A stretch of DNA of 64,000 nt from an uncultured delta proteobacterium (GTDB lineage: Bacteria; Myxococcota_A; Polyangia; Fen-1088): assembly GCA_963737265.1 (NCBI GenBank), contig CAVTRY010000014.1:390714-454713 (forward strand). Reading direction: 5' to 3'. Below are positions 1 through 10,945 of this stretch, one piece after another. Position numbers and translations under genes: made by a program. Under the pieces are notes generated by a model. That model saw nothing but the letters and a program-made list of their open reading frames with translations, searched no databases and was not told where the DNA came from. Positions within the stretch are counted from its first letter, which is position 1; every line of letters starts with the position of its first letter.

Positions 1-433
1 GAGCAAGTCGGTGAGTAGCGCTGCCAGGCTGGTGAAGCGGACGGAATAGCCACGAGTCAGGGCCGCGAAGCCGAGATTCTGCGCGAGGGTGGTCTTGCCG
101 ACGCCGCTTTGTCCGCGCAGGAGTACGTTCTCTCCACGCTCGATGAAATCGAGGGTGGCATGGAGGTGTTCGTAAAGGCCGCGGTCGATGGAGCGGGGAT
201 GGCTTCCAGTCGAAGCCATCGAGGGTGGCGAATTTGCCGAGGGTGGCGAGGCGCGTGCGCGCCAGGAGATTGCGACTGTCGCGTTCGCGGCGCTCCATCT
301 CGACGAGTTTTTCGCAGACTTCGACCGGGCCGATTCGACTCTTGGTGGTGTGCTCGAAAAAAGCGCGCAACGTCGGCAGCGAGACGCGAAAGCCGAGCGC
401 TTGCAGTTGCGTGGCGACATCATCGTTTGACAT
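1..433 (-). CDS. istB: IstB-like ATPase of an IS21 element (IS21-C), running off the window edge
   Basis: Manual minus-strand translation: MSNDDVATQLQALG...LDFIERGENVLLRGQSGVGKTTLAQNLG (Walker A). Confidence 0.85.
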   Translation of the reverse strand, partial: MSNDDVATQLQALGFRVSLPTLRAFFEHTTKSRIGPVEVCEKLVEMERRERDSRNLLARTRLATLGKFATLDGFDWKPSPLHRPRPLRTPPCHPRFHRAWRERTPARTKRRRQDHPRAESRLRGPDSWLFRPLHQPGSATHRLA

Positions 434-600
434 CGTAGCCTCCGAGGTCGTGCGGGATGACGTCTCTGTCAGGGATGTGGTCGCCCAAGGAGACGTGGAT
501 GGGGACGGGATGCTCGGCGGCGCGGCGATGCTTTTCGCACAGGACGCCGACTTCGCCGGGGTCGTGCGTGCCGCGCTCGATGGTTTCGGCGATGGCTTTG
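420..600 (-). pseudogene. istA: C-terminal part of IS21-C IstA, split by the transposon at 601-8373
   Basis: KAIAETIERGTHDPG...YDVKR continues the frame ending ...LYGQDIFAK at 8374 across the CTTTG duplication. Confidence 0.85.
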
Positions 601-1099
601 TGTTCCGAGGCGGTGTGAGTGCGGCTGAGCGGCGGGAGATTGTGCTCCCTCCGTGATGGCATCGGTTGGACAATCGCCATCATTCCCGTCGTGGAAATGT
701 TCATGGCGGCTTGCGGGGAATCAGGGTAGTGGCGGCAGGGAAAGGAGGAGCATCGGCATCTCGCTGGCCGCAGCTATGTAGGTGACCAGGAGGGCGTATC
801 CACCACCCTGCCTGGTCGTGCTCCGCACCCGACGTGAAAGGAAACGAAAGGAACGGAGCGCTTCAGACAATCGTGCACGGCAAGGTCGGGGTCAAGCTCT
901 GGTTGGCGGCAGTGCCAGGCGTGGACTTGCTCAGACCGAGCACCTGCCCTCTATGTGGACGAGCTGGCTGTCCGCCGGGAGCAAGTCTGCTGAGCGACAA
1001 TTACATCTCCCCAAAGACGACAGCTACGTCGCCCCGCTTTGAGGCGCGACGGTGACCGTGAGGTAGACCTCCAAGCCCGCAAGCGGGCAGGAGGCACCT

Positions 1100-2599
1100 T
1101 TGAAGCCGGTCACCGACGCCCAAGTGAGGCGTTTGATGGAAGAGATGAGCAAGATTGGAAAAGTAGGCCAGGCCGCCATGAAGGCGGGCATGGACCGGAA
1201 GACAGGGCGGCGATACATCGCCGCGGGCAAGCTACCGTCGGAGCTACGGCAGCCGCGGTGGTGGCGGACGCGCCCTGACGCGTTCGCCGAGGACTGGCCA
1301 GCCGTGGCCAAGTTGCTGGAGGAAACGCCTGGGCTGGAGGCTCAGACGGTGCTGGAGCTGCTGGAGGCGAAGCAGCCAGGGCGGTACAACGAGAGCCATC
1401 TTCGGACAATGCAGCGGCGAATCCGTCGCTGGCGGGCCGAGCATGGTCCTGCGCGTGAGATTTGGTTCACGCAGGCGCATCGGCCCGGTGAAGCCGCGCA
1501 AACCGACTTCACGTCGACGGCGGAGCTTGGTGTGACGATCGTGGGCCAGCTATTTGTGCACCTTTTGTGCGTGACGGTGCTGCCGTACTCGAACTGGCAA
1601 TGGGCGACCGCGTGTCTGTCGGAGTCTCTGGCAGCGCTTCGGCGAGGGATCCAGTCGGCGCTGTTCCAGCTTGGGCGGGTGCCGCGATACCACCAAACCG
1701 ACCACTCGACGGCGGCGACACATCAGATCGCTCGCGATGCGGAAGATCGCACTTTCAACGATGAATACAAGGCGGTCATGCGGCACCTCGGAATGGAGCC
1801 ACGAACTACAGCCGTCGGGGCCAAGGAACAAAACGGCGATGTGGAGGCCAGCAACGGCGCGCTCAAGCGTCGGCTTGAACAAGCGTTGCTGGTGCGTGGC
1901 AGCCGCGACTTCGCGGACCAAGACGACTACGAACGCTTCGTAGCCAAGGTGGTCCGCAAAGCCAACGCTTCGCGAGGCCCGCGCGTCGCCGAGGAGATCG
2001 AAGCCATGCGGCCGCTGGTGGTGGAGCGTTTGCCGGAGTACGCAGAAATGACGGCACCTGTGGCGTCGACGAGCACCATCCGGGTCAAGTCGTGCGCCTA
2101 CTCGGTGCCGTCGAGGCTGATCGGCGCACGGGTGAGAGTCCGCGTGTTCGAGCACCGAATCGAGGTGTACTACGCCGACAACTTGGAATTGGCCTGCGAC
2201 AGGCTGCGAGGCAAGACCGCGCGCATCGACTACCGGCACGTCATCTGGTCTTTGGTGCGCAAGCCGGGCGCGTTTTCTCGCTACGTCTACCGAGAAGAGC
2301 TGTTTCCAAGCGTGACTTTCAGGCGGGCATACGACGCGATCCAGGCGACCAAGCCTGGAATCAAAGGCGACGTTGAATACCTGCGCATTCTTCACCTGGC
2401 CGCCAGCACGATGGAAGCCGATGTCGAGCAAGCGCTCACGACTCTGCTTGCCGATGGGACCATCTTGACGGCGGATGCAACCAAGAAGAGATGCACACAG
2501 GCGACGGACAGTACCTATCCACCGAGCGTCCCCGCGCTCGAAGCACCGCTGGTCGATCTCGCGTCCTACGACCTGCTCCTCGAACAGGTGGCATCATGA
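1100..2599 (+). CDS. istA: IS21 transposase IstA
   Basis: 499 aa; N-terminal HTH, PGEAAQTDF, DHS, NGDVE, YSVP motifs. Confidence 0.95.
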   Translation: MKPVTDAQVRRLMEEMSKIGKVGQAAMKAGMDRKTGRRYIAAGKLPSELRQPRWWRTRPDAFAEDWPAVAKLLEETPGLEAQTVLELLEAKQPGRYNESHLRTMQRRIRRWRAEHGPAREIWFTQAHRPGEAAQTDFTSTAELGVTIVGQLFVHLLCVTVLPYSNWQWATACLSESLAALRRGIQSALFQLGRVPRYHQTDHSTAATHQIARDAEDRTFNDEYKAVMRHLGMEPRTTAVGAKEQNGDVEASNGALKRRLEQALLVRGSRDFADQDDYERFVAKVVRKANASRGPRVAEEIEAMRPLVVERLPEYAEMTAPVASTSTIRVKSCAYSVPSRLIGARVRVRVFEHRIEVYYADNLELACDRLRGKTARIDYRHVIWSLVRKPGAFSRYVYREELFPSVTFRRAYDAIQATKPGIKGDVEYLRILHLAASTMEADVEQALTTLLADGTILTADATKKRCTQATDSTYPPSVPALEAPLVDLASYDLLLEQVAS

Positions 2600-3149
2600 C
2601 CAACGTCTCCGTAGACACGGTCAAGCCGAGCGCGCTCGACGCTCTGCTGGTGCTTCTGCGCGCGCTCAAGCTGCCTGCCTTCACCCGGCACGCCGAGGAG
2701 ATCGCGATCAAGGCCAGCCGCGAGGGGTGGACCTTCAGCCAATACCTCCAGCACCTGGCCGAACTGGAAATCGAAGAGCGCCGAACCCGTCGCATCGATC
2801 GCGCGCTTCGCGATTCGGACCTTCCCACGGAGAAAACCCTGGCCACCCTGGAACGTGGTCGGCTGTCACCCAAGGTGATGAAGCAGATGGCGAGCCTGTG
2901 TGAGGGTGGCTTTGTCGAACGTGGGGAGAACCTGCTCGTCTTCGGACTGCCCGGCCGAGGCAAAAGTCACGTTGTGGCTGCCATCGGCCACGAACTCATC
3001 CGGCGCGGCTACCGGGTCCTCTTCACGCCGACCTTCGCGCTTGTCCAGAGGCTGCTGGCCGCCAAGCGCGACCTTCGCCTGGAACGAGAACTGGCCGCGC
3101 TCGACATCTATCACGCCGTGATCCTCGACGACATCGGCTACGTCCAGCA

Positions 3150-4930
3150 GGGTGGGTTGCACGGGCCCGGGTTCTGGTGGCGGCTGAAGGGCCCGTTTTC
3201 CGAGCGCGCTACGGGACGTTGATTCGAGGGCGAGTTGGTGGGTGGCGCGCTCGGAAAACGGGCCCTGGCGTGGTTCCCAAAATGGAAGGAATTTGCGTAG
3301 GAAGGAGATTCATGGCGATGCCTTCAGCTATCCAAGAAGGAGGCACCGCCATGAGACGACCCAATGTCGCAGGATTGACTTTGCAGGCTCTGGAACCGCT
3401 CGTCCAGAAATTGAACGAGCTCGAACAACAAGCGCTGCGCGGCGATGGCATGTCCGTGGCGACGCTGGGGGCTGCGCTGGCGACGACGTTGTCGACTGTG
3501 GGCCGAAGAGCCATGGAACTGGTCATCCAACAGGCCGCGCGGGCTCATGGACCTGGACAAGTCTGCACCTGTGGAAAGCAAGCCAAATCCAGAGGATTTG
3601 AGAGAACGACGTTCGTGGCGAGATTCGGTCGGGTGGAAGCCGATCGTCGACGCAACGAGTGTGTTTGCGGCCGCAGCTGGTTTGCCTTTGACGAGGCTTG
3701 GGGCCTTCCTGCGGGCGAATACGCCGACGATGTGCGCGAGGCGACCGAAAGGCTGGCCTGCCGGATGGGCAGCTTCGACGAGGCCGTCGAGGAACTCCGT
3801 TACCTGTGGGCCGTGGCTCCCGACGGGAGCACCGCCAAGCGATGGGTGACCGAAGATGGAACGCGTGCCGCCCAGGCCGCCCAGGCCGATGCCGAAGCCC
3901 ATTGGAGCAAGTACGACCAACAGGTGCATGCCCAGGCTCGCGGTGACCTGTGTGCGCCCAAGCGTACAGAGGGCTTCGGCGTGATCGAGGTTGACGGTGT
4001 TCACGTCCTGACCTGGAAACCAGGACAAGAGCCACGGCGCAAAGCGACCGACGAGGCGAAGGCGCCGTCTGCGGTCCCGAACGCCACACAGTCGGCAGCG
4101 GTCAGCGAGACCGGCGAACGTGCCCTTCGCCATCAGGCGCCGAGTACCCTGTCCGAGGTCGCTGGCTCGCCCATGGGGCCCACCGGGCGCTCACCACGGG
4201 TCGCCGGCCGCGAGGTGTGCATGGGACTGACCTACCTCGGGGAACACGCCTGCGAGGAGAGCCCCGGCCGAGGCGTCTTGCTGGACCGGCGCTACGTCGC
4301 AACACTCAACGACCGAGACGGCTTTTGGCACAAGCTGCACGCCGCCGCCACGACCCAGGGCGTGCTGTCTCGCCAGAAGGTAGTCCGTGTCTCCGACGGT
4401 GGCGCTTACTTCATCGAGCACAGCGACGAGATCTTCTGCGACCAGCCGTTGCTTGGCATCCTCGACTGCCAGCACGCCAAGCAGCATGTCTGGGAGGCAG
4501 GTCACAAGGTCGTGCCGGACAAGAAAGCAGTGCCATCTTGGGTCTTGCCACGTACCGAGGCCATCATGGACGGCAAGGTCGACCAGGTGCTCTCGGGCCT
4601 CGCCCAAGAGCGGCAGCGTTCCACCGGCAGCCAAGCGGTCAAAGCCCTCGACGACTTGACCGGCTACCTGAGCCGCCACAAGCACATGATGGACTACCCC
4701 GCATACCACGCTGCCGGCTATCCGCTGGCCAGTGCCGCCATCGAAAGCACCAACAAGCGCCTCGTCGGCCGGCGCTGCAAGCAAGGCGGCATGCTCTGGA
4801 GCGAGGTCGGCCTTGAAGCCATGGTCGCGCTCAGGGTTGCCTTCTACAACCCGGGGGCCTGGCTCGCCCTCTGGCCTCACACCCAAGCCCAGCCGCCCAG
4901 TCATGAAACCCGGACCCGTGCAACCCACCC
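3150..4930 (+). mobile_element. ISKra4-like insertion sequence
   Basis: 16-bp perfect TIR GGGTGGGTTGCACGGG; 9-bp TSD CGTCCAGCA at 3141-3149 and 4931-4939. Confidence 0.85.
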
Positions 4931-5234
4931 CGTCCAGCAGAGCCGCGATGAAATGGAGGTCCTTTTCACCTTCCTGGCCGAGCGGTACGAACGCAAGAGC
5001 GTCCTCATCACCAGCAACCTGGTCTTCAGCGATTGGATCCGCATTTTCAAGGATCCCATGACCACCGCCGCCGCCATCGACCGACTGGTCCACCACGCGG
5101 TCATCCTTGAGATGACCGGCCCCAGCTACCGCAGCGAAGAAGCACGAAAGAGAGGCGTCACCACCCCAGCGACAACTACGACAACTACCGATCAACCAAC
5201 GACAACTACCCCCGACAACAATGGGGCGATGTAA
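3351..5234 (+). CDS. ISKra4-like DDE transposase, reading through into the IstB C-terminus
   Basis: CxC Zn-ribbon, EVDG, SDGG, ILDCQHA, SAAIES, GMLWS motifs. Confidence 0.8.
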   Translation: MRRPNVAGLTLQALEPLVQKLNELEQQALRGDGMSVATLGAALATTLSTVGRRAMELVIQQAARAHGPGQVCTCGKQAKSRGFERTTFVARFGRVEADRRRNECVCGRSWFAFDEAWGLPAGEYADDVREATERLACRMGSFDEAVEELRYLWAVAPDGSTAKRWVTEDGTRAAQAAQADAEAHWSKYDQQVHAQARGDLCAPKRTEGFGVIEVDGVHVLTWKPGQEPRRKATDEAKAPSAVPNATQSAAVSETGERALRHQAPSTLSEVAGSPMGPTGRSPRVAGREVCMGLTYLGEHACEESPGRGVLLDRRYVATLNDRDGFWHKLHAAATTQGVLSRQKVVRVSDGGAYFIEHSDEIFCDQPLLGILDCQHAKQHVWEAGHKVVPDKKAVPSWVLPRTEAIMDGKVDQVLSGLAQERQRSTGSQAVKALDDLTGYLSRHKHMMDYPAYHAAGYPLASAAIESTNKRLVGRRCKQGGMLWSEVGLEAMVALRVAFYNPGAWLALWPHTQAQPPSHETRTRATHPVQQSRDEMEVLFTFLAERYERKSVLITSNLVFSDWIRIFKDPMTTAAAIDRLVHHAVILEMTGPSYRSEEARKRGVTTPATTTTTTDQPTTTTPDNNGAM

Positions 5235-5869
5235 TTGACGTCACCGGGTGAATGTAGTTGACGTCCAGCAGTCTTGGGATCATCGGGCACGGGCTGCGCT
5301 CAAGACAGTTTTGGGGACCGCCAGGACCGGGGCAAGTGCCCAAGATGGTCTTGCTGCTCGTCCGTCGCTTTCTCTGCAAGTGCGGCGCCGTGCTCACCGT
5401 GGTTCCTTGCGAAACGATACCGGGACGGCTTTACACCTCGTCTGCGGTCGGGTGGGCGTTGGCCTTGTTCGGGGTGCAGAAATTGTCTATTGCGGAAGTG
5501 CGGCGACAGACGAGTCCGCGGACGATCATCGGCGAGACCGCCATCACCGGTTGGGCCACGTTGCGGCGCTGGATTCGCGCCATTCGTGCGGGCACGCTGC
5601 TGTCCGGACTGCGCGCTTCGCCGTCGGATTTCACCGCACGGCAGGCGGCTGAGCGGGCGGCGTTGGGACTCGCTTCACTCGGGCCGCCGCCCTCGAACGA
5701 GGCGTCTGTGGCAACCCGGGCTTTCCAAGGAGCGACGCTCGCTATGCGATGACCATCAGACTTTTCCCGTCGCTGGGACTTCGCCCACCCGCGAAGATCC
5801 CTGCCAGGCGTGGCCGGAATGAAGCATGGCTTTACCTGCATCGCACACCGCGATTGCAGAAGGGACACC

Positions 5870-7234
5870 ATGACCGACCTACAAAGCCTGAAGCCCAAGG
5901 ACCATGCCGAGGAGGTAGCCATCTTTCGCAGCGAGATCGTCGGCGCACTCACCCGGCGAGATCTCGACCACGGAGAGTTGGCGGCGACGCTGAAAGATCT
6001 GGCCGCCGAGCGCTACCGGCCGCCGGGAGCGGACAGCACGCGCAGATTCTCCATTCCGACGCTGGAGCGTTGGTACTACGCCTACAAAGCTGGAAGCCTA
6101 GATGCCCTGCGCCCCGAACCACGCAGCGATAGTGGACGCGCGCAGGAGCTGACAGCGGAGCAGCGCACGCTTCTGTGCGACATCCGGCGCGAGCACCCCT
6201 CGGCTTCGGTGCCCTTGATCCTTCGCACCCTGACCCTCGACGGACGATTGAGCAAGGACGCGGTGTCGGCCTCGACGGTGCGGCGGCTTTTCGCCGACGA
6301 GGGACTGGACCGCATTCCCATGCGCGATAGCAAGGGGCCGAAGACCAGGCTGCGCTGGGAAGCCGAGCGGCCTGGGGCGCTCTGGCACGGTGATGTCTGT
6401 TACGGCCCGGCGATTTCGGTCGACGGCAAAAACATGCCGGTGCGAATTCACGGACTTCTCGACGATGCCTCTCGCTTCATCATCGCGCTGGAAGCGCACC
6501 ACACCGAGCGCGAGGTGGATATGCTCGGCATGTTTGTGCGCGCCCTGCGCAGGCATGGGCCACCCGATGCCTTGTACCTCGACAACGGCAGCACCTATCG
6601 CGGCGACATCTTGTCCACGGCTTGTGCGCGCATGGGCGTCTCCCTGTTGCACGCGCGTCCCTACGACCCGCAGGCACGTGGAAAAATGGAGCGCTTCTGG
6701 CGCACCCTGCGCCAGGGATGTCTCGACTTTCTTGGCCAGGTGTCGTCGTTACACGACATCAACGTGCGACTGTGGGCCTTTCTCGACGAGCACTACCACA
6801 AGGCGCCGCACGCGTCGCTGCTCGGCCGCGCGCCCGCGCGCGTGTACGAGGCAGCCGAACGTCCCACCGACCGCTTTGACGAGCACAAGCTGCGCGAGGC
6901 GCTGACCGTGCGCGTGCGCCGCCGCGTACGCCGAGATACCACGCTGCCACTGGAGGGTACGGACTGGGAGCTTGACCAGGGCTTCCTCGCAGGGCGACTG
7001 GTCATGGTGGCCCGTTGCCTCGTCGACATGAACGAAGCTCCGTGGGTCGAGCACGAGGGAAAGGCGCTGCCTCTTCATCCCGTCGACCCTGCTAAGAACG
7101 CCCGCCGAAAGCGCTCAAATCGTGGCGGGGGACATGCGACAAAAGCCTCGCGACCGGTGCCCTTCGATCCGCCCTCCGTGCTGCTCGACCGAGCCGTCGG
7201 CCGAAACCCTTCGCCACAAGGAGGTGACCGATGA
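5870..7234 (+). CDS. DDE transposase/integrase (rve, Mu/Tn552-like)
   Basis: LWHGD...LDDASR...LYLDNGS...GKMERFW; N-terminal HTH. Confidence 0.9.
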   Translation: MTDLQSLKPKDHAEEVAIFRSEIVGALTRRDLDHGELAATLKDLAAERYRPPGADSTRRFSIPTLERWYYAYKAGSLDALRPEPRSDSGRAQELTAEQRTLLCDIRREHPSASVPLILRTLTLDGRLSKDAVSASTVRRLFADEGLDRIPMRDSKGPKTRLRWEAERPGALWHGDVCYGPAISVDGKNMPVRIHGLLDDASRFIIALEAHHTEREVDMLGMFVRALRRHGPPDALYLDNGSTYRGDILSTACARMGVSLLHARPYDPQARGKMERFWRTLRQGCLDFLGQVSSLHDINVRLWAFLDEHYHKAPHASLLGRAPARVYEAAERPTDRFDEHKLREALTVRVRRRVRRDTTLPLEGTDWELDQGFLAGRLVMVARCLVDMNEAPWVEHEGKALPLHPVDPAKNARRKRSNRGGGHATKASRPVPFDPPSVLLDRAVGRNPSPQGGDR

Positions 7235-8046
7235 CGCCTGCCTATCTCGGCCACTTCGCCCTCGAACGCGCCCCCTTCTCCAAGGAGATTGCCGACGTCG
7301 ACCTGTGGATGCCGCCTTCCAAGGAGGCCCTGGTACACGAGCTGTGCGAGGCGCTCCATGAGCGTGCGTCCATTATCCTCACTGGCGATCCCGGCGCCGG
7401 CAAAACCTGCGTCCTGCGTGCCTTGCGCCACAGGCTGCCGCAAACTGGTTTCCGTCTGACCTACTGCCACAACGCCACTCTCGGCCGCCGCGATTTCTAT
7501 CGCCAGCTTTGTCTCGCCTTGGGGCTCGCGCCTTCCGCCGCCGCCGCGGCTCTCTTCTTCGCCGTCTCCTCCCACGTCGAAGATCTTGGCCGCGAGCGTG
7601 TTCACCCGGTCTTCCTCTTGGATGAGGCCCACCTGCTCCACCAAGACATGCTGGATCATCTGCACATTTTGCTGAACTACCAGTGGGACAGTAGGGCGCT
7701 CCTGTCCCTCGTCCTCGTCGGCCTGCCAGAACTTTCCGACAGGCTCGTCCTCCGTCGCAATCGATCCTTGTACTCGCGCATTTACACCCGGCTCAATGTC
7801 GCGCCCCTGACCCCGGACGACACCGCCGACTACATTCGCTCCAGACTCAAACAATCAGGCTGCGACCGCGAGCTTGTCACGGCCGACGCCTTGGCCATGC
7901 TCCACGAAGCCGCCGCCGGATCTTTGCGCGACCTCGACCGGCTCGCCACCGCCGCCCTTCGCGACGCCGCCCGCAGAAAGCGAAAACTCGTCGAGCGCGA
8001 TGCCATCACCCGTATCGTCGACTCCGAACCCAGGGATCCAGCATGA
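7231..8046 (+). CDS. ExeA-like AAA+ ATPase transposition helper
   Basis: GDPGAGKT, LLDEAH, LVLVG; ATGA overlap with the transposase. Confidence 0.9.
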   Translation: MTPAYLGHFALERAPFSKEIADVDLWMPPSKEALVHELCEALHERASIILTGDPGAGKTCVLRALRHRLPQTGFRLTYCHNATLGRRDFYRQLCLALGLAPSAAAAALFFAVSSHVEDLGRERVHPVFLLDEAHLLHQDMLDHLHILLNYQWDSRALLSLVLVGLPELSDRLVLRRNRSLYSRIYTRLNVAPLTPDDTADYIRSRLKQSGCDRELVTADALAMLHEAAAGSLRDLDRLATAALRDAARRKRKLVERDAITRIVDSEPRDPA

Positions 8047-8267
8047 GGCGCCCACCGCCACCACACGCCCAGATCCATCTGCCTCCAATGGACGCATCGT
8101 ATGCCCTGACCATCGTCGACGTGTTCGAGCGGGCCATCGCAGCCATCTGGCGTGCCCATGGCGATGCCATCGCCGACCTGCAGGCGTTGCGCGGGATCGA
8201 AACACCCAGGCCCCCTGACGCCGTCTGGGAATCTGTCCCCGACGGCCCTCACGACGACTGCTTCTGA
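8043..8267 (+). CDS. Small accessory protein (AIWRAHGDAI core, acidic DDCF tail)
   Basis: ATGA-coupled to the ATPase; similar to ORFs at 14740 and 26635. Confidence 0.7.
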   Translation: MRRPPPPHAQIHLPPMDASYALTIVDVFERAIAAIWRAHGDAIADLQALRGIETPRPPDAVWESVPDGPHDDCF

Positions 8268-8373
8268 ACCGACCCAATGATGGGCATCACGGAAGTGACA
8301 GGCACCCTGTCACCTTCGCGATGCCCATCTGCTATCTGGACCGCAAACCCATCAGCCTGTTTGCGTGGCAACA

Positions 8374-9670
8374 CTTTGGCAAAGATGTCCTGGCCGTAAA
8401 GGTCGAGCAGTTTGGTGGTTCTGGCCGTCATGCTGCCCACGTTGCGGCCAGCCTCGACCCAGCGCTCGAACAGGACGCCGATGTCGGGAGCAGCGGCACG
8501 CAGACGACCGCCACCGGTGGACGCTGCGGCGCCTTGCTTGCGGCGTACGATCTCGGCGCGATGCTCGGGAAGCTCGATCTTTTGGCGATGACCGAAGGAG
8601 CGGGCGTGCTGGGTAACGACGGTGGCGCCATCGAGCAGTCGGACAGTGCGGTCGTCGGCGACCAGGGTCAAGGTGCGTTCGACGTAGTCTGGAGGCACCG
8701 AGTAGATGTTGCTCTCGAAGCGAGCGAAGGCAGTCTTGTCGATGAGCACGGGCGTTACCAGGTCGGTGGCAGGCAAGGGACTTGGCAACGGAAGCAGTCG
8801 TGGGGTTTCCTCGGCCAAGCAGTCGGCGATCGTGCGTTTGGGAAAGTTGGGGTGGTGCTGCTTGTGCGCGATGGTGTCGATGAAGCCCAGCAATTCGCGG
8901 TTGCCTTGCCCGATGCTGTGAATGTCACGACCTGCGAGAAAGCGGTCGCGCAAGAAGCGGATCTTGCGTTCCACGCGTCCCTTTTCGTTGCCCCGGTAGG
9001 GAGCGCACAGGCGCAGTTGAACGTGCATGGCGCTGCCAAGGTCGAGGAGCAAGGGATGGAAGCGAGCCGCGTCGCCGTGCCGCTCAAGCACGACGATTTT
9101 GGGATTGTCGAAGAGCCACTGGCGTGTGGAGCCGCCGAAGAAGGAAGCGGCTCGCACCAGGGAGCGCAGGAGCGAGTGCACGGTGGTGTCGAAACAGAAT
9201 TCGCCACACATAGCGCGCGACCAAGCCAGCACCATGACGAAGAGCCAGAGCGAGCGGGTGCCGCCGCCAGGAACTGGCAGTTGCCCTACGTGCGCCCAGT
9301 CGACTTGGGCTTGCTCACCGATGAGCGGGTCGAGACGCAGAAAGGCTTCGCGGCTTGGCGTTGGGCGCACCATCGCGACGAAGCGACGCAAGGTGCGCTC
9401 GCTACCGAGATAGCCGCGCTCTTTGATCATGTCGAGAAGCCTGGTCGAGCACAGGCGCGGGTATTTCTTGAGCGTCTCTTGGATGAAGCCGTCGTAGGGT
9501 GCAACCAACAGTGGCGTGCGCTCTGGGCGCGGCTGTGCCGGGAGCAGGCCGAGGACGCGCCTTACCACATCGTGATGGACACCAAGCTGATCGGCAATCG
9601 TGCCCACTTTCCAGTGCTCGACGGCAAAGAGCCGGGCTATCTCCGCCTCGACCTCGGCGGCGACCGTCAC
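8374..9670 (-). pseudogene. istA: N-terminal part of IS21-C IstA
   Basis: GTG start at 9670; GEQAQVDW, WLFDNPK, KGRVER, YSVP motifs. Confidence 0.9.
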
Positions 9671-9800
9671 TGTTGCCACGCAAACAGGCTGATGGGTTTG
9701 CGCTCCAGATAGCAGATGGGCATCGCGAAGGTTGAAGTGGACCCCAAAAATGGGACCAGGAGCTAAGGTGTAGTCCGCCTCAACAACGAGGCAGGACACG

Positions 9801-10094
9801 ATGAAAACGAACCGCCAAAAGCACACAGCACTCTTCAAGGCGCAGGTAGCTCTCGAAGCCATGCGGGAGCAGGCAACGGTTGTGGAGATCGGGCGCCGAT
9901 ACAAGATCAACCCGAACCTGGTTCACAAGTGGAAGAAGGAAGCCGTCACACGGCTGGCCATGGTTTTCGAACCAGGCCATGCAAATGCAGAGGAATCGGC
10001 GAACGCCGAACGCGAATCGGAATTGCTGCGCAAGGTGGGGCAGCTGACGCTGGAGAATGATTTTTTAGCACGCGGGCTCGCGCGCATTCGCTGA
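9801..10094 (+). CDS. IS3 OrfA
   Basis: FKAQVALEA HTH; LLRKVGQLTLENDFL. Confidence 0.9.
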   Translation: MKTNRQKHTALFKAQVALEAMREQATVVEIGRRYKINPNLVHKWKKEAVTRLAMVFEPGHANAEESANAERESELLRKVGQLTLENDFLARGLARIR

Positions 10095-10108
10095 CGGAGA
10101 AGCGCGCC

Positions 10109-10945
10109 ATGATCGAGCCCCACAACGACCTATCTGTCCGTCGGCAGTGCGAGCTGCTGAATCTTGCGAGATCGGGCATCTACTGGGAGCCGATGCCGAT
10201 GGCAGAGGAAGATCTGGCCATCTGCAAGGAGCTGGACAAGCTGCATCTCGAATTGCCAGCATTCGGCAGCCGGAAGCTGTCACGGTTGCTAAAGGCACAG
10301 GGGCAGACGGTGAATCGCAAACGGGTGCAGAGACTGATGCGAATCATGGGCATCGAAGCGCTGGCGCCCAAACCACGGACGACCGTGCCCGCGCCGGAAC
10401 ATACGAAATTCCCGTACTTGCTGCGCCATCTCGCGATCATTCGGCCCAATCAGGTGTGGGCCTCGGATATCACGTACATCCCGATGAGACAGGGGCATTG
10501 CTACCTGGTCGCCGTGATGGATTGGTACACGCGCCGGGTTCTGTCCTGGCGCATTTCAAACACGATGGACAGCCGTTTTTGCATCGAGGTCGTGGAAGAA
10601 GCTCTTGCGAACTTCGGCTTGCCGGAGATCTTCAACACCGACCAGGGGTCGCAGTTTACCGACGACAACTTCACATCGGTTTTGCTGGACAAGGGCGTAA
10701 AGGTCAGCATGGACGGTCGCGGCCGATTCATGGACAACATCTTCGTCGAGCGTCTATGGCGGTCTGTCAAATGCGAGGAGGTCTACTTGAACGACTACCG
10801 AGACGTGGCCGACGCCCGCAGTGGCATCGCGATCTACCTGGACAAGTACAACCACAGGCGGCCTCACCAAACCCTTGGATTTCAGACACCCGTAGCGTTT
10901 TACGAATTCGAACTAAAGAAGTCGGCGATGAAAGAGGCCGCCTAA
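10109..10945 (+). CDS. IS3 OrfB DDE transposase
   Basis: WASDITYI, NTDQGSQF, DNIFVERLWRSVK. Confidence 0.95.
   Translation: MIEPHNDLSVRRQCELLNLARSGIYWEPMPMAEEDLAICKELDKLHLELPAFGSRKLSRLLKAQGQTVNRKRVQRLMRIMGIEALAPKPRTTVPAPEHTKFPYLLRHLAIIRPNQVWASDITYIPMRQGHCYLVAVMDWYTRRVLSWRISNTMDSRFCIEVVEEALANFGLPEIFNTDQGSQFTDDNFTSVLLDKGVKVSMDGRGRFMDNIFVERLWRSVKCEEVYLNDYRDVADARSGIAIYLDKYNHRRPHQTLGFQTPVAFYEFELKKSAMKEAA

Larger units (their letters stand above)
2596..5234 (+). pseudogene. istB: IstB interrupted by ISKra4-like element
   Basis: GLPGRGKS Walker A and ILDDIGY Walker B; split at YVQ|QSRDE relative to the intact copy 42832-43680. Confidence 0.9.
988..5270 (+). mobile_element. IS21-family element IS21-A, copy 1
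   Basis: TGCTG..CAGCA ends with internal ACAAYTAC repeats; istA+istB; only GTC duplicated at flanks. Confidence 0.95.
834..5752 (+). pseudogene. Zn-finger accessory protein of the transposon, interrupted by IS21-A (834-987 + 5271-5752)
   Basis: The two halves rejoin to match the intact 210-aa ORF at 13731-14363. Confidence 0.85.
601..8373 (+). mobile_element. Tn552/Mu-like 4-gene transposon, copy 1 (contains nested IS21-A and ISKra4-like element)
   Basis: TGTT..AACA ends; 5-bp TSD CTTTG at 596-600 and 8374-8378; GATGGGCATC-like subterminal repeats; near-identical inverted copy at 9671-14597. Confidence 0.9.

Noticed and set aside
8321-9712. Long antisense or overlapping ORFs (also 25428-26900 and 10147-11196)
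   Set aside because: Shadows of transposase genes in high-GC DNA
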